Source of the DNA: Octopus vulgaris
Lineage: Eukaryota
Direction of reading: 5' to 3'
Assembly (NCBI GenBank): GCA_951406725.2
Contig: OX597831.1
Span: 25,668,001-25,732,000 of the forward strand
Length of the DNA stretch: 64,000 nt
In this document: positions 1 to 12,142 of the stretch, piece by piece
Numbering within the stretch: position 1 is the stretch's first letter
How the letters are laid out: every line of letters starts with the position of its first letter
Translations under genes and position numbers: made by a program
Notes under the pieces: generated by a model
The model's input: only the letters and a program-made list of their open reading frames with translations
Told to the model about the DNA's origin: nothing
The model's database searches: none

Positions 1-104
1 GTGTGTGTGTGTGTGTTAATTCTTTCTTTAATCGAAAGAGCCTTCAAATTCATTTTGGAAAAAATCGTTTTCAGTTCAGTCATTTACTACTTCAACCATT
101 TTCC

Positions 105-330
105 GAGCTGGCAGAATCATTAGCATGCCAGGCAAAATGCCTAGCAGTATTTCGTCTGCCGCTACATTCTGTGTTCAAATTCTGCCGAGGTCGACTTTGC
201 CTTTCGTCCTTTCGGATCGATTAAATAAGTACCAGTTACACACTGGGGTCGATGTAATCGACTTAACCCTTTTGTCTGTCCTTGTTTGTCTCCTCTATGT
301 TTAGCCCCTTGTGGGCAATAAAAAAATAAA
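105..330 (+). mobile_element. tRNA-derived SINE, group A (tail type 1)
   Basis: Head GAGCTGGCAGAATCATTAGCA with B-box-like GTTCAAATTC, central GCCTTTCGTCCTTTCGGATCGATTAAATAAGTACCAG, and tail GTCTGTCCTTGTTTGTC..GGGCAATAAA. More than 15 related copies occur in the window. Confidence 0.85.
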
Positions 331-909
331 TTTTGGTATATATTTTCATAAATACATCTAAAAGATATTCCAGTGATTAACTTGAAAGGCATTTCATTAT
401 CTGTCGCCAAATTCCACTGCCATCTTCATTCACCATCATCATCCTCATCATCATCTTTATCATCATCCTGAAGAAGACACAAACGTGATTTAAAAATCCA
501 CAGGTAAAGAAAAAACTACAAATGAATAACAAAAGTTTTATATCTCTAAGTATGTCTGCATGCCTGCATGTGAAAATGCATGGATAAGTACAATTTTTTT
601 GTACAATTTTTACATATATTTTTACATATTTATACAGAAATGTAAGCATGATTTTTGCCTGAATGTATGTATGTATTTAAATAAACATTGGATTTTTGTC
701 ATGTATTTTTTTTTTCTGGTGGGCCAATCAATGATGGATGTAATAAATATAATGGTAATGATGAAGTGAGAACTGTTCTTATAAATATAACACTTTTGTT
801 TATTGACTTGAACGTTAACATTCAGTAGGGTGACAATGTTATATTTGAAAAACTTAATGATGTGTAAAATGGTTTGATCTTAATTTAAAATATAAAACAT
901 CTAACTGCT

Positions 910-918
910 TTATATATG

Positions 919-963
<45 letters not shown>

Positions 964-988
964 TTTTATGTATGTATGTATATTTATG

Positions 989-1034
<46 letters not shown>

Positions 1035-1190
1035 CATATATAAGTATATATATATACATACATGTATATATATACATACATACGTAAATATATGCACACA
1101 TATACATACAAGTATACATATGCACACATAAACATACATGTATATGTATATATATATATTCACACACACACACACACACACATACATATG
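910..1190. repeat. (TA)n/(TATG)n/(CA)n compound microsatellite
   Basis: Directly visible and representative of dozens of similar tracts. These tracts generate the YIYI/THTH ORFs. Confidence 0.95.
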
Positions 1191-1495
1191 CAAACAATGA
1201 TTATAAGAAATAAAAATCTGCCTTTTCGTGCATCTCATTATTCATCACATGTCAATAATACTAATACTGAATAAGTTGTTTTCTTTATAATTTGACAAAC
1301 AATGTGTCGAGGTATGTCATCAGTATAACTATTAAAGGATCGAATGTTTTAAACAGTTGGCAGCTATGAAAGGGAACCAAAATACACTGTAAAGTATAAA
1401 ATTGTAGAGTAAAAAAAAAATCAGTTTATCTACCATTTCTCACCTTATAATAAACACCTTTATGTTAACCTTTGAGAGCAAAATAAAAATAAAAA

Positions 1496-1534
<39 letters not shown>

Positions 1535-1537
<3 letters not shown>

Positions 1538-1890
1538 TCTACTGGAGGTACAAGGCCTCAAATTTGTGGGGAGGGGACTTGTTGATTACATCGATCCAGT
1601 GTTTCACTGGTACTTAATTTATTGGCCCCAAAAGGATGAAAGGCAATGTCGACCTTGGTGGAATTTGAACTCAGAACATAAACATAGATGAAATGCTACT
1701 AAGCATTTTGACTGGTCTGTTAATGATTCCACCAGCGCGACACCTTAATGATAATAATCTTTTCTACTTTAGGCACAAGACCTGAAATTTTGAGGGAGGG
1801 GGGGGCTGTCAATTAGATCGATCTTAGTACGCAACTGGTACTTAATTTATCGACCCTGAAAGGATGAAAGGCAAAGTCAACCCCAGTGGT
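1535..1890 (-). mobile_element. Two adjacent group A SINE copies (tail type 2), second truncated
   Basis: Reverse complement of the group A core (GGATGAAAGGCAA..GAATTTGAACTCAGAAC) occurs twice, with an alternative tail CAAGGCCTCAAATTTG next to (TAA)n. Confidence 0.75.
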
Positions 1891-2919
1891 TAATAATAAT
1901 GATAATGATGCTGATGATTTCTTATATTTGCACTCTCCCTCTTATTTTTGCGTGGGGTGCTAAAAACAAATTATTAACGAGTTCAGTATGAGAACATCCA
2001 TCACTTAGGAAAATTTTTTTTGCGTAGTAGGGTTAATGGCAAAGGTTATTTCGAAAATGTTAAAGGTTTAAAAGTAATAAGGCCATTTGCAATTAAATAG
2101 CACCTGTTGATGCTCCAATCTTGTCAGATTTCCAGTGCCATGTCATTAAAAATTCATAAAATTAATATATTTTATTCTAAATAAGAATTCATAAAATTAA
2201 TATATTTTATTCTAAATAGTTTATGACAAAGGCGAAAAGGAAATCATTTATTCTACATAGTGATTTTATGGCTTCATAGTTTAGGGGCTTTTACAGATGT
2301 TTGTGAATATTTGGATGTTTAATATTTGAAACTGTCTGAATTTTATTGAGAATCAATTTATAAATTCAGAAATATCATGTACATAAATTAAAGATTAAAG
2401 ACAAAATCAAAATTAAATTCTAAAAAGAATCTTTTTCGTGTGTGTGTGAGTTTTAACAGAAATTGCAGGAAAGTAACATGTCTTTCCCTGTTTATATTGA
2501 CTTTTGACTTTTTTTTTCCGGTTATTATGAATTGCCATTCAAAAGTATACTGATAGAGGACCATTTTTGGATATCTTCTGTGTTATGACTTTGTGGCAAA
2601 CAAGTTCATTTCGAACCACAACATTTTAGATTTGATTCCACTGCACAGTACCTTGGACATGTGTATTTCATCTTGGCTTCAGGAATTCGGGACCATATGA
2701 GCAATATTGTAGCCCATCACGCACATGCACAGACAGATAGATAGATATGAATATGTTCATTTTTGTTGACATGACACTGAAAGCTGAAGACTCAAAAAAG
2801 AGTTGAAATATGACCTCAGGTGTTTCCCCTTTTTATGTCAGCACCCATAATGTACAGAGGAATTGTTTACAATCATCATAACCCCTAGAGTTGGCCAAAA
2901 CCATATATATATATATTTT

Positions 2920-3030
2920 ATATTAAATTAGAGATAAAACCACTATTAGGCAAATCAAAAAATGAAAAATTTAAGCCAATACATAAAATTAATTAATTTA
3001 TATTATTTTAAATATATATCAAAATTATTA
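2920..3030. repeat. AT-rich dispersed repeat fragment inside (TA)n, related to 36825-36885
   Basis: AAATTAGAGATAAAACCACTATTA matches the reverse complement of TAATAGTGGTTTTTCTCTAATTT at about 36862-36884. Both copies abut (TA)n. Confidence 0.55.
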
Positions 3031-3056
3031 AAAGTTTAATAAAAGATAACATACAT

Positions 3057-3118
<62 letters not shown>

Positions 3119-3349
3119 ATCTGTAACAAACACTGTTCTTGAGTTACAGATAAATATGTTTGAATCAGGTAGCCAACTATTATTCACAAATCCTAATATA
3201 GAAATCAATAAACATAATCCGCTTTTGTCGTTGGTCACACCGTGGCTGGTATTTTCAAAAAAACATTTAGCTGAAATCTTTGGTACACAACCAGGTTCCA
3301 TATAGTTACATGTTTGATAACTATAAACATATATATATATATATATACA

Positions 3350-3661
3350 GACCATGGGATTGCACCTAGAAAGTTACTCTCCCAGGCACAAGTCCAGGCA
3401 AGGTAGTTTATGGAAGACCAGCAGTCGCCCATGCATACCAGCTCCCCCCCTCTCCACACCACTGATGTTATCCAAGGAAAAGGCAAAAGCAGACACAGCT
3501 TGGCACCTGTGATGTCACAACTCATTTCTACAGCTGAGTGAACTGGAGCAACGTGAAATAAAGTGTCTTGCTCAAGAACACTGTATGCAACCTGATCCAG
3601 CATTTGAGCTCACAACCTCACGATCATAAGCTCAATGTACTAACCACTGAGCCATGTGCCT

Positions 3662-3665
<4 letters not shown>
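3350..3665 (-). mobile_element. tRNA-derived SINE, group C (tail 1)
   Basis: The minus strand begins GGCACATGGCTCAGTGGTTAG (A-box) and has the core TTCTTGAGCAAGACACTTTATTTCACGTTGCTCCAGTTCACTCAGCTG. It is colinear with 22690-23016. Confidence 0.8.
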
Positions 3666-3699
<34 letters not shown>

Positions 3700-3990
3700 A
3701 GGCACATGGCTCAGTGGTTAGAACATTGAGCTTATATATATACATATATATATATATACACACACACACACGTACATGCAGGATCATTTTTCCTGTATTA
3801 TGCAGACTTGTAACTTGCTTAATCCAGGAAATCTGTTGTCTATTATTCAGCTAAACACACTTAAATAAACTAAAGCTTCTTGGTGTTATGCTCAAATAAT
3901 ATTTATCCTCTTCACTTGATAGGATACTGTCATGGAAATCTTTTACAGAACACCTTATACATAATCTCTAATTTGGTGAATTGACACATA

Positions 3991-4216
3991 CTCTTTACTC
4001 TTTCACTTGTTTCAGTCATTTGACTGCGGCCATGCTGGAGCACTGCCTTTAGTCAAGTAAATCGACCCCAGGACTTATTCTTTGTAAGCCTAGTACTTAT
4101 TCTATCAGTCTCTTTTGCTGAACCGCTAGGTTATGCGGATGTAAACACACCAGCACCTGCTGTCAGGCGATGTTGGGGGGACAAACACGGACACACAAAT
4201 ATATACACACACACAT

Positions 4217-4274
<58 letters not shown>

Positions 4275-4440
4275 CGGGCTTCTTTTAGTTTCCATCTACC
4301 AAATCCCCTCGCAAGGCTTTGGTCAGCCTGTGGCTATAGTATAGTAGAAGACACTTGCCCAAGGTGCCACGCAGTGGTACTGAACCCGGAACCATGTGGT
4401 TCGTAAGCAAGCTACTTACCACACAGCCACTCCTACGCCT
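3991..4440 (-). mobile_element. tRNA-derived SINE, group B (CORE-like, internal TA/CA microsatellite)
   Basis: The minus strand runs GGCGTAGGAGTGGCTGTGTGGTAAG..GGTTCCGGGTTCAGT..ACCTTGGGCAAGTGTCTT..TGACTGAAACAAGT. ACCTTGGGCAAGT resembles the CORE domain, reminiscent of octopus OR-type SINEs (recalled, not searched). Confidence 0.85.
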
Positions 4441-5904
4441 GTTAAGTAAGTACCTTACTTAGAGATGTAATCAATTGCTTACAGCAAGATTTGAACTCTT
4501 GAGTCAGGAGTTGATATTGTTTAACATCTTAACCTCTGAAGTTCATCTGTTTGGGACAGTTTTTAAGCTTTAATCTCCCTCATTCAAAAGTTTTAGAGAA
4601 AACTATTCAAAACCTTCTGAAATTCTAAGTTATATTTTCTGAATTTAAATTCAGTATAATCTGACAGTACCTTTCCTATTTCACCAGTAGTTCTTAGTGT
4701 AGCAGGATAAGTCTTTAATTGAGTTACATAATCTCTCTTCTATATATATTGAGCTGGATATGACATCTTTCTCAGTTAAGACCTGATAGTTCTGACATTA
4801 ACCCATTTAACATTCAAAACAGATTTTAGAATTTTATGGCTGCCAACGTAATAAACGTTTTTATTGTGTGATATTAACTTGATGCAAAGAATATTGTGTG
4901 AGAAAAATCACAATAAAATTTAGATTTACTGTTATTGTCACTATAATAGATAATCCATATTCTAGATGTTTTAGATAACTTCTGATGCAGTATCTAGATA
5001 AGTCTCCTTTTGGTAGCTCAGATAAGATTCAGTTGGTAGAGCACTAGGATGCCATGTCTAACTTAATAGCACCACTTGACTGAAAACAAAAGGAAGTTAC
5101 TGATAATGTAGAATATATTGAATGGAATTTTACAAGAAAATGGTTGATTTATATAGAAGACTGTCATCATCATTATCATATTCATTCCACATAAAAATTT
5201 ATAGTTTCAGGAATTTTTGTGCGAGATACATGTTACCTCCCTATTCAATGCAGCTCACTGATGTAACATATTCACGAGCCTCTATAAAAGCAACACTTTA
5301 TGAGATATCTTATTCAGTAGATTATAATGCAATGAGTCTGTTCTGTGAAATATCCTATCTGTTACTTTGTGGCAATGAACTTCACTGCAATATTCTATTT
5401 GGTAGCTTCTATTGAAACGAGCTTTAAAAAAATATATTGGCAAGTTTCTATTCTTATTCTCTTTCACTTTCACTTTCTCCTCCCCCCACACACACACACC
5501 TCATTTCTCTCCTCATAGCTTATATGGTATTTCACTTATAGAGATATTCAACTCTTTGAATGATTTATGCTTCTTAATCCAGTTTATTACTGGGCTATTC
5601 AGATGCTAGGGAAAATATGCTCTAAGATAGGTTTTTCTTCCCATCAGCCTCTCAGTTCATAACAGGATTAACATTCATCACTATAGGCTAATGTAACACT
5701 CCTTAAGTACCACAATAGTTGGGTTTCTAACAGCTAAAGCAAGTGCTTGGTTTCTATATAACAATCAGTAAAGTAAAATTTACAAGAGTTAACTAATTCA
5801 GTTATACATGGAGAGCAGCAATACTGGTGAGGATATCATTAGTCTGCACTTCAGACAATCAGTTGACTGCCAGTAGCAGTATGTCTTTACATTTCATGTT
5901 CACA

Positions 5905-6066
5905 GTGGCTGTGTGGTAAGTAGCTTGCTTACGAACCACGTGGTTCCAGGTCCAGTCCCACTGCCTCGCACCTTGGGCAAGTGTCATTTACTATAGCCTC
6001 GGGCTGACCAAAGCCTTGTGAGTGGATTTGGTAGACGGAAACTAAAAGAAGCTCATCGTATATATG

Positions 6067-6097
<31 letters not shown>

Positions 6098-6501
6098 CAT
6101 CATCATCATCATCATCGTTTAACGTCCGCTTTCCATGCTAGCATGGGTTGGACGGTCCAACTGGGGTCTCGCAAGCTCGAAGGCTGCACCAGGCCAGTCA
6201 GATCTGGCAGTGTTTCTACAGCTGGATGCCCTTCCTAACGCCAAATATATATATATATATATATAAATATATATGTATGTGTGTGTATATGTTTGTGTGT
6301 CTGTGCTTGTCCCTCCAACATCGCTTGACAACCAATGCTAGTGTGTTTATGTTCCCGTAACTTAGCGGTTCAGCAAAAGAGACTTATAGAATAAGTACTA
6401 GGCTTACAAAGAATAAGTCCTGGGGTTGATTTGCTTGACTAAAGGCGGTGCTCCAGCATGGCCACAGTCAAATGACTGAAACAAGTAAAAGAGTAAAAGA
6501 G
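5905..6501 (+). mobile_element. Group B SINE with a nested group D element
   Basis: Full group B body, interrupted within its (TA)n at about 6097-6244. Confidence 0.85.
6097..6244 (-). mobile_element. Group D RTE-related retroposon 3' part, (GAT)n tail
   Basis: The minus strand reads TTGGCGTTAGGAAGGGCATCCAGCTGTAGAAAC..GCATGGAAAGCGGACGTTAAACGATGATG. Seven copies are recognisable in the window. Confidence 0.8.
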
Positions 6502-7022
6502 TACTCTCTCACACACACACACATATTCGTTTGATTGACAACATAACTAAATTTGAGTTACATGAATTTTACCAAAGACTTCCCTAATATGTCCAGTTTG
6601 GTACAATATCATTCATAAGACCCTTTACAATATTCTATTATCCAAATCACTTTTCTGAATCAAATTATAAAACAACTTATAAAAGAATATGACAATGTTT
6701 TGTAGAAAAGTTTTAACCTAAAAAAACTGTTACATTTTCTCTATAACATGTTTGAAAGAAAGACTATTGTTTTTTATAAACAAATATAGTGCAACTCTCT
6801 TATAATATTTCCTTATTTAATGCACAAAAATTTTCGAATGTATAACAAAGGGCCATTGAACCTATTTTATTCTAGATTTGTCTCGGTTTCCTATTTAGCG
6901 ATTATATTTTACTGATGCTAACAATTAGAGTACACCGGAGCAGTAGTGTATGTGTGTAAGCATGTGTGTATACACACGTGCACATACACACACACATATA
7001 TATTTATCTATCTATCTATCTG

Positions 7023-7079
<57 letters not shown>

Positions 7080-8691
7080 ATATATATATGTATATATGTA
7101 GGGATATATACTCATGTTTACATGTGTGAGCATCTGGTACACTTCAATAACTAAGACAAAGAACTTAATAGATTTCTGAATGTAAATTGTATTCCATTTT
7201 TATGTTAAATATATTCCCTATAATAGTACAAATATTTCAAGTTTCTCCTAAAGGAAAGTTACAAGACTTAAAATGCTTGCATAAACACTCTAGGGCTTAT
7301 ATATGTATAAATGTATGTGTGTGTGTGTGTATATATATGTTTGTGTATATATATATATATATGCACGCACTCACACACATCCATACACATACACACTCTT
7401 CTTAAAATATTCATGTAGACTGTATTTAGTTCATGTATATTTTGGCGGTGGGAGGAGAGAAATGATGGAAGCTGGAGCTCTCTTTTTTACAGAATTATTA
7501 TGAATGTTTAATAAACTTTTCTGTCAACTCCATCATTGGCATATAGGTTCCAGCTGAGATTCCCATGATAACCACAGGAAGTAATAATTAGTTGCTAGGA
7601 AGAAGAAAAGAAATAACATGAAAACCCTTATTGAAAGCAAAAGAAAAAATGTTTCCAGCTATTTCACTGAATTTAGTGAAAGCCATGATTTAAGTTAATT
7701 ACGTTTGAAAGTGAAAGTGAAAGAAGAAAACAGAATGCGCCAATGCAGAGAGAAAGTTATAAATGTCTACTTGTCTTGTGAATTTTTAATTTTGCTCTCT
7801 GTGAATATCATCAAGTACAAACTTCCATTTTCAGTTCAGCTATGTTTCATATACATATATAGATACACTCACATACAAATACATATATATATATATATAT
7901 ATATGTATACACACACGCAGACGCACACTCACACACACGCAGACACATACACATATTTATATATCTGTGTATATGTGTGTGCATAATTTTCATGTAAAAT
8001 AATTTACATATGCAATGTTTGTATATACATATATGTGTATATATATGTATATATATATATATATGTATGTATATATATATGTATATATATATGTATGTGT
8101 ATATATATATGTATATATATATTGTATGTATTTGTATGTTACTTTTGAAATGTGTCATTCTTATCTGCTATTGAAATCATTTAGTAATGTTAAACATTGG
8201 AAAAAAGTAAAATGAAATACTTTGAAATGACTTTGAACAAAAGAAATGTGAATACAGTAGTTTTAAGTATTTTATTTACATTGCAATAAAATATATGCTA
8301 TTTAAGTTATGCCTCAGACAAAACAACAAACGCACACACACATGCATACATTATATGTATACATATGTATTATATGTATATTTAAGTATATACAGTGGTG
8401 AGTTGCCAAACAACGGTTTCAATTAGATGACTGAATTTTAAAGCGCAGATTCTTTACAAAACATTCCAAATTTAGCAATATAATACCAGTTAATTAATAT
8501 AATATTAAAATATTATATTAATAATTTCAGAATCCAACAAAATTAATGATGATCTGCATGTACAAAATCCTTCAATTTAATGTACAGAAAATTGGTAAAA
8601 TTTGTTTGCCACAACAACGGTAGAATATAATGTTTTTTTCTTTGGTTCTTTCAACAGAGAATCAAGAAATTAGGGCTAAATTTCAGCTTAA

Positions 8692-8911
8692 CCCTTTTGT
8701 TACTGTATTTATTTTGAGAAGCTTTGTGTTTCTTTCAGTTACTTCAAATATAACAAAGAATTTAGTAAAATAACTTAGTTATCATTCAGTTAGTGTTAGG
8801 AACATAAATTGTAACTAAGGTTTGGTGGAAGGTTTTAATTTAGAACTTATGAAGACAAGGCATTTATACTCAGAGCCAGAGCAGGTTTCAGCTGGGTTGG
8901 TAATGAAAGGG
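8692..8911 (+). mobile_element. piggyBac-type MITE
   Basis: TTAA|CCCTTTTGTTAC ... GTAATGAAAGGG|TTAA, i.e. a TTAA TSD and CCC/GGG termini. An inverted copy lies at 62054-62273. Confidence 0.8.
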
Positions 8912-9233
8912 TTAAAGCATTGAGCATGGGGAGTTTTGAGAGTGGGAAATCAGACATTAACTGGGCAGGTTCAAAAGGTTTGTGTTTCTTTCAATTACTT
9001 CAAATACAACAAAGAATTTAGTAAAATAACTTAGTTATTATTCAGTTAGTGTTAGGAACATAAATTGTAACTAAGGTTTGGTGGAAGGTTTTAATTTAGA
9101 ACTTATGAAGACAAGGCATTTATACTCAGAGCCAGAGCAGGTTTCAGCTGGGTTGGTAATGAAAGGGTTAAAGCATTGAGCATGGGGAGTTTTGAGAGTG
9201 GGAAATCAGACATTAACTGGGCAGGTTCAAAAG
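8723..9233 (+). repeat. 256-bp near-perfect tandem duplication
   Basis: 8723-8977 is repeated at 8979-9233 with few substitutions. Confidence 0.9.
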
Positions 9234-9674
9234 TCTGGACATGAAATTAGATAGATACATTACAGAAAGAACCACAAAAAGAGATTGGATTAAGGTGACA
9301 GGTTAAAGTATTGTAAGTGAGAAGGAGGACATGAAGATCGATAGGTAAGATACACCAAACATATGCATATTTCCTTATGCTCATCGCATCAAAGAAACTT
9401 TACCAATTTTCTGAACTTACAATAAATAGAAAAAAATTCCTTAATAAACAATGATTGGTTTTCACTTCAAAGCTTTAGCCAGCCAACTGATTTTTCTTTA
9501 CAGCATGTACAAGTAAAGTCCTTTGACTCCATGGTACGTTTGGCAGTCGACATTTCTGAGTATACAGCAAAAAGACTTATTCAGTCATTTTGTAAATTTA
9601 TTTACTGTTGAAGGCAAATCGGAGTAAATTGAACTTAGCTCACCACAAGCTTAAATACATATATACATACATAT

Positions 9675-9722
<48 letters not shown>

Positions 9723-10321
9723 AGGAAAAAATCTATCAGAAAGTAACTCTATCTCTCTTAAAAAAACATCTTTTGATAAGCATAACAAATGCGCAACCGG
9801 TAAAAAGAACTTTCACCTAATTAAATTACTTAAATAACTTAAATTATTTTGTCAACATTTTCTTCATTTCCTTTTTTATATATCACAACTCGTGTTCCAC
9901 ATCTTTTTAAAATATATATATATATATATATATATATTTATTTATACACATGCATGCACACAGTTATACACATACACATGCATACATATACACACCCTCA
10001 CATACACTCAGTCATGTATGTTCATGCATACAATTGTCATCGTAAAACATTTCAAAAAGCAAGTCCTATTTCACAAATTACTTTTTTCTTTTCTTCTGTT
10101 GTTGCTCCCGCCATGAAGGAAAGGGTTAGTAAAACAATTGATAATTATCATAATAATAGTTTTTCGCATTCATTTCTATTTATTACTTTCCAATTTTCTA
10201 CATTTCTTTTTTTTTTTTTGCCTGTTTATCACTTTTACATTATTATATTTTTTGTAATTTTTTTATTTCTATTCTTCAATATGAAGTTGTAAGACTTCTA
10301 TGAATACAGAGATGTAACCAG

Positions 10322-10356
<35 letters not shown>

Positions 10357-10425
10357 TGTATATATAAGTATATGTATGTATATATATAAATATATGTATG
10401 TGTGTATATATATATATATAAATAG

Positions 10426-10462
<37 letters not shown>

Positions 10463-10541
10463 AATATATATACATACATGTATGTATATATATATACATA
10501 CATACATATTTTTCTTGTATACATTAATGCATCACTAATCC

Positions 10542-10580
<39 letters not shown>

Positions 10581-10603
10581 TATCTCAAAATCGCAGAGAG
10601 TAA

Positions 10604-10689
10604 GGCCCTTGATGAAGCTGCCCTGACCATGACAACATGTTGCATATCCAACAGTGTACAGTTGATGCAGTTGAATTGCATGTAGGGCC
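10604..10689 (+). ncRNA. Degenerate type I hammerhead ribozyme motif (Penelope-like terminus)
   Basis: GGCCC / TTGATGA / AGCTGC..GCAGTT / GAAT / TGCATGTA / GGGCC. These give helix I, a CUGANGA-like box, helix II, a GAAA-like box, a palindromic helix III and a GUA site in the correct order. Confidence 0.6.
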
Positions 10690-12098
10690 ATAAAAGAATG
10701 CTGAAAATAACTGTTAAATAAAATTACACATGGGAAAAATCTCCGTTCTTCTTATCATCATTAATACTATACATATATATATATAAGCTACCATAGAACA
10801 CAGACTTTAAATGATGATACTGGTAATATATATGTGTGTAGATATAGATACTGGTAATATATATGTGTGTAGATATAGATATAGGTGTGGCTTCAATAGA
10901 TGGAATGGTCATTGAATGAAAGACAAGCATTACCTTTTCTTATATCAGATGCTTAAAAACCACACCACCCATATGCAGATCAAGAAAGTGAAATATATAT
11001 ACATATATATATGATCAGCATCATAAAAGGCATGTTCCTCCAACTGGTGTTACTTGGTTCTCAACTCTACACAGCATCATCTGTCTTTGGACCTAAAGAC
11101 TGATCGGAGTTATTACACCATCCTCATTTTGCTGACTTATCTGGAGATTGTAGCAATGTGCGCTCTCTTTGCTTATTGTCTTGTGCCTTAGAGACATTCC
11201 TGTCATCACCACAGCCCCCTGTTTTTTATAAGGTGTATTATATCAAAGACACACATCTTCTCTCAATGTAACCAGCTCGGTAGTTCGATGAGCAAGCTTA
11301 TACCTATCTGTCTAACCTCTATCTCACATAAAGTGGTCACTAATTTTTTTAATTGTAAACATACACCTATATATATATAAATATATATATATATATAGAA
11401 AACACAACACGAGGACATGGAACAAGGATAGTGTTATTGGACGCTCAGGAAAGGAAAGAAAGAAAGGAAAGAGGATTTAACATTTCGAGCCAGCTGAACA
11501 TTGGTGTGGCATTGCACCCTGTGTATATATATATGTAGTGCTAGCAGGGGGAGCACTACATATATATATATATGATCCTCTAGCAGACAAGAGGATCATG
11601 AGACTGACTCAGTTTTGAGCTAGTTGGCTCAACTTCAGTCATGAGTACTTGGTCGCTGGAGTGATAGCCAGGGTCCACTCCAGTCAGCAATATATTGTGA
11701 ACAAAGCGACCATCGTTCACCAAATTTTACAACCAGCTATTTTGCTTTAATTCAATTCAACTCAGGGTTGTAAGTAGTTGTTCAATAAAAGTTATATGCA
11801 TGCTATTGAACTGGTTTTATCAGGGCTGACCATGGAGGTACATGACAAGGGCAATCAAATTCACACACACACACACACACACACAAATTGACTCAAGCAC
11901 ATATAGACACAAACACACCTTTCAAATGTATTTTTGAATCATAGAATTGGTTTTTCAGAAATCTTAATGTTGTGGTTTATCTTTTCTTTGACTTTGTTAA
12001 TTCTTGTGTTCTTTAGTCTATTCAGTCTTTTGCATTTTCTGAAATTTAGAATTTCTGTTGCAACATATATATATGCATATATATATATGTATATATAT

Positions 12099-12142
<44 letters not shown>

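Noticed and set aside
3120-3330. Unique 210-bp insert between (TA)n tracts, open in frames on both strands
   Set aside because: No recognisable domain or splice signals, and too short to support a CDS call.
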